Assembly: GCF_003231495.1 (NCBI RefSeq)
Contig: NZ_PQWO01000006.1
Span: 257,387 to 289,386 of the forward strand
DNA from: Acaryochloris thomasi RCC1774
GTDB lineage: Bacteria; Cyanobacteriota; Cyanobacteriia; Thermosynechococcales; Thermosynechococcaceae
Reading direction: 5' to 3'
DNA: 32,000 nucleotides
Below the pieces are notes generated by a model. It had not been told where the DNA came from. It made no database searches and saw only the letters and a list, made by a program, of their open reading frames with translations. Position numbers and translations under genes: made by a program. Below, piece after piece: positions 25,179 through 32,000 of the stretch. How positions within the stretch are numbered: the first letter of the stretch is position 1; every line of letters starts with the position of its first letter.

Positions 25179-26846
25179 ATGGTGGCAAACATGACCTCAA
25201 AACCAGCAATTATCGTTGTTGATGACGATCCCGCCGTGCTGCAGGCGATCGCTCGCGATCTTCGCAAACAGTATGGCGATCGCTTTCGCATTACTCGGGC
25301 TGACTCTGGCGCAAAGGCTTTAGATGTGGTGCAGCAACTCAAGCTACGCGGCGATACAGTCGCGCTCTTCCTGGTTGACCAACGGATGCCTGAGATGAAC
25401 GGTGTTGAGTTCTTAGAGCAGGCCAGCGAGATTTTTCCGGCGGCGAAGCGGGCGTTACTCACTGCCTATGCTGACACGAATGCCGCCATCGACTCCATTA
25501 ACAAAGCGCAGCTCGATTACTATTTACTCAAGCCCTGGGATCCTCCTGAGGAAAAGCTCTACCCGGTTTTGGACGATCTGATTCGTGATTGGCAGGCAAC
25601 ATTTAAGCCCGAGTTTAAAGGCGTAAAAGTGATTAGCGATCGCTGGTCTCCTAATTCCCACGCCCTGAGAGATTTTTTAGCCCGTAATCAGATTCCCTAT
25701 CGCTGGCTCGACATTGAAAATAATCAAGAAGCTCAGCAGCTCGTCACCTATGCTGGCGAGAACGATAACCCTTGTTTGCCGCTAGTGCTGCTTCCCGATG
25801 GCGAAAAATTAGTGAAGCCGACCACAGCTCAGCTTGCTCAGCAGGTTGGGATGCAAACCGAGGCCGAAAGCCCCTTTTACGATCTCGTGATTATTGGCGG
25901 CGGTCCTGCCGGATTAGCCGCAGCAGTCTATGGCGCATCAGAGGGCTTGCGAACCGTGATGATTGAGCGAGAAGCGCCGGGTGGACAGGCGGGGACCAGC
26001 TCTCGGATTGAAAACTACTTGGGTTTTCCGGTGGGACTAAGCGGAGCTGATTTGGCGCGGCGAGCCGTGACCCAGGCCAAGCGCTTTGGTGTGGAAATCC
26101 TTAACCCTCAGGAGGCCAAGTCCATCCGCCTGGAGGAGAACTACCGAATTATCACGTTGTCAGACGGCAGCGAGATTAGCTGTCATGCTCTGATTCTTTC
26201 GATGGGTGTGGCTTGGCGGCGGTTGACTGTTCCGGGCGTTGAGCAATTTACTGGGGCTGGTGTCTATTACGGCGCGGCTCAAACGGAGGCCGCAGCCTGC
26301 AAGGATGAAGAGGTCTATGTAGTGGGCGGGGCAAACTCAGCCGGGCAGGCCGCGATGTATTTTTCTAAGTACGCCCGCAAGGTGAGGATGCTGGTGCGGG
26401 GCGAGTCTTTGACGAAAAGTATGTCTCAATATCTGATCGACCAGATTGACAGCACAGATAATATCGAGGTGTGGCCGTTCCACAGCGTGATCGAAGCCCA
26501 GGGGAACGATAAGTTAGAAACTTTATTGGTTAAAGATTCTCAGACTGGCGAGGTGAAGACGCTGGCGACAAATTCTCTGTTTATTTTCATTGGTGCGACC
26601 CCCAGCACTGAATGGCTAGCAGATTTAGTGGAGCGAGATCAGCGAGGTTTTGTTTGTACAGGCCCAGATATACCAGAGGAGAGAGCTTGGCCCTTGGAAC
26701 GCGATCGCTTCTTACTGGAGACCAACATACCAGGTATTTTTGCGGTGGGTGACGTTCGCCACGGCTCTGTGAAGCGAGTGGCTTCAGGTGTGGGTGAAGG
26801 ATCTATCTGTGTACAGTTTGTACATCGACATTTAGCAAATGTTTGA
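25179..26846 (+). CDS. Fused response regulator receiver / Grx-like domain / thioredoxin-reductase-like flavoprotein
   Basis: REC domain: DDD15-17, D67 in 'LFLVDQRMP', T95, K118 in 'LLKPW'. Middle domain ~148-224 is a Grx/NrdH-like fold. C-terminal part has 'IIGGGPAGLAAA' (FAD), 'VVGGANSAGQAA' (NAD(P)H) and 'GIFAVGDV'. Confidence 0.9.
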   Translation: MVANMTSKPAIIVVDDDPAVLQAIARDLRKQYGDRFRITRADSGAKALDVVQQLKLRGDTVALFLVDQRMPEMNGVEFLEQASEIFPAAKRALLTAYADTNAAIDSINKAQLDYYLLKPWDPPEEKLYPVLDDLIRDWQATFKPEFKGVKVISDRWSPNSHALRDFLARNQIPYRWLDIENNQEAQQLVTYAGENDNPCLPLVLLPDGEKLVKPTTAQLAQQVGMQTEAESPFYDLVIIGGGPAGLAAAVYGASEGLRTVMIEREAPGGQAGTSSRIENYLGFPVGLSGADLARRAVTQAKRFGVEILNPQEAKSIRLEENYRIITLSDGSEISCHALILSMGVAWRRLTVPGVEQFTGAGVYYGAAQTEAAACKDEEVYVVGGANSAGQAAMYFSKYARKVRMLVRGESLTKSMSQYLIDQIDSTDNIEVWPFHSVIEAQGNDKLETLLVKDSQTGEVKTLATNSLFIFIGATPSTEWLADLVERDQRGFVCTGPDIPEERAWPLERDRFLLETNIPGIFAVGDVRHGSVKRVASGVGEGSICVQFVHRHLANV

Positions 26847-27314
26847 TGCCGGTGCTGCGGTCTTAGGCACATGGGTGGCGGTGCTAGATGTCGTTTTATA
26901 AAAATGTGGGGCAAAATAAGTTGGATGAGCACAAAGACGGCACCCATTAATTTCTCGAACCGGCCAATCTCTGGCTCTCTATTCTATGTTTAATCTGTCT
27001 GACGTTTAGATTAGAGAGATAGGGGTGAAAGAAGTTTTGGCACGTATCGCTAAAACCTAATTATGCTGCTGAGTGCGGATGCGATCGCAACCCAAATATC
27101 CAACAAATACTATTGCGCTTAGAGAGGCTTCAAGCTCTCTTGAAAAAATAAAAGAGTTGATGAAACCAGCAATATCATCATTTCATCATTCTTCATAAAG
27201 AATCCGTAAATTTACGCTTAAGCTGGGCACAATAGTAGAACAAGCTAATAGAGCCATCAGTAGCAATACTCAAGGTTAATGCATAACCTGGGTAAAAAAA
27301 AGCTTGCTTTTTTT

Positions 27315-27789
27315 GAGAGGCAGACAATACCTCTCGCTTGGGCTTCGGCACTAGTACGGGGGGAAACAGCTAGTGTTGGGGGTAAGGTCCGGGTTGCGAC
27401 AAGCACCACCGGACCTTTGCTACTCTTTTCAGCAACCAGCTTTGTGTCTGTGTGACGGAAATCACAGGCACCTCTAGCGTTGCCAGAGATGATGGTGTTG
27501 AAAGGGACGGATTAATAAAAAAAGTCCCTTCGGTACTGGCATCGTCCATTCACCTTCATTCTTACCTGATGGTGATTTAGGACTGCGAGTTTGCGTCTTA
27601 TCCTTTCGGAATAAGTTGCCTTTTCGGGGACTTTTTGAGGGCTGCACGGGGGGTGACAGCCGATACTCCTAATATAGACACCGTGACCCGCCTAGGAACA
27701 CAGGGTAACTACGGGAATTAGGAACATCATTTCAAGTTGATATCCGTGGTATTACAGACTCTGGCCGGAAGAGCCACCCAAGATTGAGG
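27315..27789 (+). ncRNA. Candidate structured RNA of unknown class (hypothesis only)
   Basis: The supplied track shows no ORF of 60 aa or more on either strand from 26948 to 27794. Local hairpins lie at 27315-35, 27349-75, 27384-417, 27451-66, 27502-30, 27597-615 and 27640-61. cUUCGg motifs are present when read on the + strand. Two hairpin loops share ACGGGGGGnnACAGC. Confidence 0.2.
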
Positions 27790-27794
27790 CTGTT

Positions 27795-28304
27795 CTAATT
27801 GGGCTGTCCCAAATAATCAATCTTGCCGATTTCAACGCCACAATGTCTGAGAATGTCGTACGCCGTTGTCACATGGAAGTAGACATTGGGCATCACAAAA
27901 GAGAGAAGATAGGGTAGGCCAGGAAATTTATAGACATCATCTTTGACGGGAAGCGTAATGATGTTCTCCTCTGACCCATCGATTTGCTCCGGTGCAAACG
28001 TTTCTAAGTACTCTATGGTTGCCCTTAAACGGGCGATCAGTTCTGGGAATGTTGACTCATTGTCTTCCATCGCGGGCGCTTCCGTCCCGGCGAGCCTTGC
28101 AGCTCCCCTCCTTGAGACGTCTGAGGCAATCTGAATTTGCTTGGCAAGGGGGAACATGTCTGGAAAGAGGCGAGCATTGATCAGGATGCTGGCGTCGATT
28201 CCTTTACTTTCTGCATGGGCAGCCCCTTTCTCAAGAATCCCGATTAGGTTATTGAGGGCTCGAACCATAGGAGGGATCGAGGCTTGGTACATCGAAATTG
28301 TCAT
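27795..28304 (-). CDS. DUF1993 domain protein (DinB-like helical bundle)
   Basis: 169 aa. 'MYQASIPPMVRALNNLIGILEKGAAHAESKGID...ARLFPDMFPLAKQIQIASD' matches the DUF1993 pattern as I remember it. Confidence 0.8.
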   Translation of the reverse strand: MTISMYQASIPPMVRALNNLIGILEKGAAHAESKGIDASILINARLFPDMFPLAKQIQIASDVSRRGAARLAGTEAPAMEDNESTFPELIARLRATIEYLETFAPEQIDGSEENIITLPVKDDVYKFPGLPYLLSFVMPNVYFHVTTAYDILRHCGVEIGKIDYLGQPN

Positions 28305-28353
28305 GGTGTCGCTGTCTCCGTGGCTGAAATGAGGTGTGCAGTGATCTTAAAAC

Positions 28354-29328
28354 TTAAGTTCCTCGCTGGTGGGGAGCTAGCAAGTCGAGGTCAGGACCAC
28401 TCGGAACGACTTGGGTCGGATTGATCGTGCTATGACTTTGGTAATAGTGCCGTTTAATGTGTATAAAATTGACCGTCTCGGCAATACCAGGTATTTGATA
28501 CAGATCGCGGACGTAGCCCCACAGGTTGGGATAATCCACAATCCGTCGGATATTGCATTTGAAGTGGCCGACGTAGACCGGATCAAAGCGGATCAGAGTC
28601 GTGAACAGTCGCCAATCTGCTTCTGTAAGCTGTTCGCCTGTTAGATAGTGCCGGTGGGCCAGTCGTTCGTTTAGCCAGTCGAGGGTTTCGAAAAGGGGCT
28701 GCAGAGCTTCTTCATAGGCATCTTGAGTGGTGGCAAACCCGCATTTGTATACGCCATTGTTGACGGTGTTGTAGATGCGATCGTTGAGGCTATCGATCTC
28801 GGCCCGCAGTTCTGAAGGATAGTAGTCTCCGGGCTTGGCTCCTGCTGAATCAAAGGCGCTGTTAAACATGCGGATGATTTCAGACGATTCGTTATTAACA
28901 ATGGTTTGGGTTTGTTTGTCCCACAAGATCGGGACCGTGACTCGCCCCGTGTAGTTGGGGTTGGCGTGAGTGTAAATTTCATGGGCAAATTTGGCGTTGA
29001 AGAGGGGGTCGGCAATGACCCCTTCACCGGCTTCAAAGGTCCAGCCATGCTCACCCATGAACCAGTGAACCACTGAGACGGGGATGCTCTCTTCTAAGCC
29101 CTTGAGCAACCGAAAGATCAGGGTTCGGTGCGCCCAAGGACAGGCGTAGGAGACATAAAGGTGGTAACGCCCCGATTCGGCCTTGAAGCCACCGCTGCCG
29201 GTGGGACCAGGTGCGCCATCGGCAGTAATCCAGTTGCGGAACTGGGCATCTTTGCGCACGAAGCGTCCGCCGGTTTCAGAGGTGTCATACCACTTATCTT
29301 GCCAAATGCCATCCACTAAAAGTCCCAT
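28354..29328 (-). CDS. Xi-class glutathione transferase / glutathionyl-hydroquinone reductase (YqjG/ECM4 family)
   Basis: 'GRYHLYVSYACPWAHRTLI' carries the CPWA catalytic motif. 324 aa, with the family-typical N-terminal 'GRFVR...FRNWIT'. Confidence 0.9.
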   Translation of the reverse strand: MGLLVDGIWQDKWYDTSETGGRFVRKDAQFRNWITADGAPGPTGSGGFKAESGRYHLYVSYACPWAHRTLIFRLLKGLEESIPVSVVHWFMGEHGWTFEAGEGVIADPLFNAKFAHEIYTHANPNYTGRVTVPILWDKQTQTIVNNESSEIIRMFNSAFDSAGAKPGDYYPSELRAEIDSLNDRIYNTVNNGVYKCGFATTQDAYEEALQPLFETLDWLNERLAHRHYLTGEQLTEADWRLFTTLIRFDPVYVGHFKCNIRRIVDYPNLWGYVRDLYQIPGIAETVNFIHIKRHYYQSHSTINPTQVVPSGPDLDLLAPHQRGT

Positions 29329-29471
29329 AATTGCTCTCCTGCATTGGCTGTGACACCCTTACACCTTAGCTTTTGCGAGATGAAAGGTGTTATTCCCTGG
29401 GAACAGATGCATTTCTCTTAATCTGGCATGATCAAGGAGACTGCATTCGTTTCAGCAAAGGAATCGTGATC

Positions 29472-30878
29472 ATGCTTTGTTCTACAGCTCTGCTGCAGAT
29501 GGAACCGTTCCAAGCTTTGCCTCCCGAGCGGCTAGATTGGATTTGCGATCGCACCCAACACATTCACCTTACTGCAGGCGAAGTTTTAGTCCGTGAAGAC
29601 GAACCCGCCAAAGGCTTTTTTATTCAACTGAGCGGCCAGATTACCGTTAGCCGACGCAGCAACGGCACTGACATGCCCGTCGGTCGTCATCAAAGCCCGT
29701 CGTTTTTTGGCGAAATTCAGGTTCTCACTGAAGATGTGGTGCCAGTGACTCTAACGGCTGATTGCAACACAGATCTCTATCGACTCGACTGTGCTGACTT
29801 TCTAGAGGTGCTGCATAGCTGCCGCGAGTTTGAAAAACATATTTTCCGCACCGTAGAGCAACGACTGCGCGGGCTAGAGTCGTTCATCCAAACTCGAGAG
29901 AAGATGGCTGCGCTGGGGACGCTTTCGGCTGGGCTGGCCCACGAACTTAATAATCCTGCGGCGGCATTAGTGCGGGTCTTGAAAGACGTGAAACCCGCTA
30001 TTCTTGAACTGCAGCGCATGAACCTCGTATATGGCCAGCATCAGGTCGATGATGATCATACAGAGCAGTGGATTGAATTGCGCGACCGGGGCTTTGATGC
30101 GATCGCAAACCCCAAAAACGACCCTCTTGCCCAAGGCGACCTCGAAGACGCCCTCACCGATTGGCTAGAAGACTACGGCGTCGAAGAAGCCTGGAAACTA
30201 GTTGAACCCTTAGCTGCCGGAGGTGTTCAGCCTGAGGCTTTGAATCAACTCGTGGACCGCTGGCGTGACGATGCCACCGAACTACGGGATATGGGGCTGC
30301 GATGGCTAGCACTGTCCTTTGATGTGATGGGAATGATCACGAATGGCCTGGATGGAGCGGAGCGCATTTCCATCCTTGTACAGTCAATGAAGTCTTATTC
30401 ATACATGGATAGAGCTGCCCAACAGCAGATTAATATTCATGACGGCATCGAAGATACGCTGCGCTTATTTGCCTTCAAGCTCAAGCATGGCATTAAAGTT
30501 GAACGTCGCTACGATCTAGAACTGCCAGAGGTAATGGCCTTTGGAAGTGAGCTAAATCAAGTGTGGACGAACTTGATCGACAATGCCATCGACGCCCTCA
30601 GCGAAGGAACGCCAGATGGAGCCGCACCGCAAATTATCATTCGAACTTGCCACAAAAGCAGTCACCTGCGCGTTGAAATCGAAGACAACGGCCCCGGCAT
30701 TCCGGCAGACGTCAAAAATCGTATCCTGGAACCTTTCTTTACCACGAAGTCTATGGGTAAAGGCTCGGGCCTCGGTCTAGATGTCGTGCGGCGGATTATC
30801 GAAAATCGCCACAGCGGTAGCCTGATGGTGGAGTCGAGACCAGGACGGACCTGCTTTGCCGTTTCGTTACCGATGTAA
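29472..30878 (+). CDS. Soluble sensor histidine kinase with an N-terminal CAP/cNMP-binding-like domain
   Basis: CAP_ED-like beta-roll ('GFFIQLSGQITVS...FFGEIQVL'). H-box 'LSAGLAHELNNPAAA', N-box 'WTNLIDNAIDA', G1 'DNGPGIP', F 'FFTTK', G2 'GSGLGL'. No TM segments. The start was chosen at ATG 29472; the listed ORF begins at 29373 (TTG). Confidence 0.9.
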   Translation: MLCSTALLQMEPFQALPPERLDWICDRTQHIHLTAGEVLVREDEPAKGFFIQLSGQITVSRRSNGTDMPVGRHQSPSFFGEIQVLTEDVVPVTLTADCNTDLYRLDCADFLEVLHSCREFEKHIFRTVEQRLRGLESFIQTREKMAALGTLSAGLAHELNNPAAALVRVLKDVKPAILELQRMNLVYGQHQVDDDHTEQWIELRDRGFDAIANPKNDPLAQGDLEDALTDWLEDYGVEEAWKLVEPLAAGGVQPEALNQLVDRWRDDATELRDMGLRWLALSFDVMGMITNGLDGAERISILVQSMKSYSYMDRAAQQQINIHDGIEDTLRLFAFKLKHGIKVERRYDLELPEVMAFGSELNQVWTNLIDNAIDALSEGTPDGAAPQIIIRTCHKSSHLRVEIEDNGPGIPADVKNRILEPFFTTKSMGKGSGLGLDVVRRIIENRHSGSLMVESRPGRTCFAVSLPM

Positions 30879-31233
30879 AATTAGGTCTTTTTTGTGCCTT
30901 CAGAGAAAAATTGTAGCGAAGGTTATTTAATAAATTCTTTTCATCAAATAACCGAGCATCGAGATGCTTTGTACGCCTATCATTAATCAGGTTGGCGGAT
31001 CTATTTGCATGGATTTATCTGCCGATCTCCCAGAATTTTCCCGAAAAATCACCTAAGTGGGTGTTTATTTGACCTCTGCATTAGGGCAGCCTTATAGAAG
31101 TGTCATTGCAGGATAATATTTACTGTTGAAAAAACAAAAAATGTTTTTCAGGATGTTTGTCAGCAGTCATATAATTTGTTTTTTATAAAACAATATGTTT
31201 CCTTATTGTCTCTACACATAGAAGATATTTCTT

Positions 31234-31713
31234 ATGCCACGGAAATTAAGTTCCTATGAATCTAGTCGATCAAACCTGTTGCTCGATCAGCTCTTGAAGG
31301 CTGGATTGCTCACAAAAGATCAAATAGACGTGATCCTTTTCGATCATGCTTCCACTTCAATTCCCATTCATGAGATTCTGCTTCAGCGAGGTTGGATTAA
31401 AGAACAAACTATCACCTACTTTATCCACAGTACGGGCCTTTCAGAGATCAAGGCACCTCCGACCCAAAGTATTGAGCAGCAGATTGATCGGCTACGCCAA
31501 CAGCAAGACAGACTAAAGAAAGCGAAGATCGCACTTGAGCAGGAAGTCAAAAATCTTCGCCAAGAAAAAGATATATTACGTCAATTTAGTGCAAGGCAGC
31601 GCCGGAAGAATCTAAACGCAGTAGACTACGAAAATAGAACGGCCCCAGACCGTCATCTTGATTCAAACTCGGACAGTCTATCAGGTCCAGATTCAATTAA
31701 ATGGATTGGATGA
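31234..31713 (+). CDS. Hypothetical protein with C-terminal coiled coil
   Basis: 159-aa ORF in an AT-rich island. The N-terminal 'LLLDQLLKAGLLTKDQIDVILFD...IHEILLQRGWIKEQ' resembles GspE-N/MshEN-like helical repeats. Residues ~80-120 are heptad-rich (QQIDRLRQQQDRLKKAKIALEQEVKNLRQEKD). Confidence 0.5.
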   Translation: MPRKLSSYESSRSNLLLDQLLKAGLLTKDQIDVILFDHASTSIPIHEILLQRGWIKEQTITYFIHSTGLSEIKAPPTQSIEQQIDRLRQQQDRLKKAKIALEQEVKNLRQEKDILRQFSARQRRKNLNAVDYENRTAPDRHLDSNSDSLSGPDSIKWIG

Positions 31714-31839
31714 CTTAGGGTTGCTTGCTGAATGATTTATGTATGATTTGTATTCTGATTGATTTGGCGAAGCTTCTGTAAGATAAACAAAGTGTCTCGT
31801 GTTTATTACTGTGGTTAAATTTTTTGTATATTAAAAAAA

Positions 31840-31857
31840 AGAATCTAAGAAGATTCT
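31840..31857 (-). terminator. A8 / 7-bp hairpin: intrinsic-terminator shape for leftward transcription
   Basis: agaatct-aaga-agattct is preceded on the + strand by an A8 run (31833..31840), so on the minus strand it is a stem-loop followed by a U-rich (A8-derived) tract. The stem is AT-rich. Confidence 0.3.
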
Positions 31858-31936
31858 AGGGCGTGTCATCAACTAACTTGACGTATCTACATTAATCTTT
31901 CATCTTAAAGACTCTTCTACTGTGAGGAGCTTTGAG

Positions 31937-32000
31937 ATGCCCCGACGATATGCTCTGCGCGATGATCAATGGGAGCAGATAGAAGACCTGCTTCCAGGGC
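31937..32000 (+). CDS. IS5-family transposase (DUF4096-type N-terminus), 5' part only
   Basis: ATG 31937 lies after GAGGAG. 'MPRRYALRDDQWEQIEDLLPG' is the characteristic N-terminus of IS4/IS5 (IS427/IS1031-like) transposase orfA. It is cut by the window edge. Confidence 0.7.
   Translation, partial: MPRRYALRDDQWEQIEDLLPG

Noticed and set aside
25130-26947. Antisense ORFs 25130..25462 and 26639..26947, and the internal + ORF 25772..25966
   Set aside because: They overlap the well-supported REC-TrxR-like gene. Their Ser/Arg/Cys-rich sequences have no motifs.
27121-27300. Tiny ORFs in the spacer (e.g. + MKPAISSFHHSS; minus MKNDEMMILLVSSTLLFFQESLKPL) as a leader peptide or type I toxin
   Set aside because: They are of chance length for AT-rich DNA, have no convincing SD, and no supporting antisense RNA or terminator architecture is visible.
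26947-27794. Checked whether the orphan spacer is a known housekeeping RNA (tmRNA, including a permuted form, RNase P RNA, SRP RNA, tRNA) or a hammerhead ribozyme
   Set aside because: There are no RNase P P4 strands (GAGGAAAGTCCGGGC / ACAGAACCCGGCTTA). There is no GGTTCGAnTCC T-arm with an ACCA end, and no tag-peptide frame ending in ..AA-stop. GGGGGTAAGG..GGTTGCGAC only superficially resembles a tmRNA 5' end, and no complementary 3' acceptor strand exists. CTGATGG at 27566 is not the CUGAUGA hammerhead core.
29350-29370. CRP-like site TGTGAcacccttACAC in the GST/kinase divergent region
   Set aside because: The second half-site does not match TCACA in the required orientation.
1-32000. GCGATCGC (HIP1) palindromes as a local repeat family; also a search for CRISPR arrays, tandem repeats and defence genes
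   Set aside because: HIP1 is a genome-wide cyanobacterial signature and not specific to this locus. I saw no regularly spaced direct repeats and no cas, restriction, toxin-antitoxin or abortive-infection-like genes.

Overview
This looks like a cyanobacterial chromosomal window: GCGATCGC (HIP1) palindromes occur throughout genes and spacers (e.g. 3567, 4940, 7012, 10596, 12177), and there is a GUN4-domain gene. I found no CRISPR array, rRNA, tRNA or recognisable phage or defence genes. The content is a dense redox and electrophile-detoxification neighbourhood. It holds a TetR regulator, Dps, an AraC regulator and a tightly coupled minus-strand operon (cupin, two-domain VOC, SMP-30 lactonase, DoxX). 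It also holds a methyltransferase, KatG and a long minus-strand run of oxidoreductases (SDR, VOC, F420-type NADP reductase, Zn-ADH, SDR, quinone oxidoreductase). Further along are a GUN4-domain gene and an MFP-RND efflux operon with a divergent LysR regulator, then LtrA. The last part carries an atypical SDR followed by a fused response regulator / Grx-like / TrxR-like flavoprotein, then a ~0.95 kb gene-less hairpin-rich spacer and a DUF1993 plus Xi-class GST (GS-hydroquinone reductase) pair. It ends with a soluble histidine kinase bearing a CAP-like sensor domain, an AT-rich orphan gene and the 5' end of an IS5-family transposase. The points most worth follow-up are listed here. (1) A two-component pair whose output is an enzyme-like protein with every canonical redox cysteine missing, and whose kinase sensor domain lacks the cNMP-binding arginine. 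(2) A ~57-nt promoter/operator module with an 18-bp palindrome shared by katG and the cupin-VOC-lactonase-DoxX operon. (3) A second shared control region: the LysR/RND divergent promoter is duplicated upstream of the oxidoreductase operon, with only the first codons of a lost LysR. (4) katG is bracketed by direct repeats derived from an SDR 3' end. (5) At least six gene remnants, four with an intact paralogue in the same window. (6) The structured-looking orphan spacer at 26.95-27.8 kb. All functional calls rest on motif recognition by eye; no database search was run.
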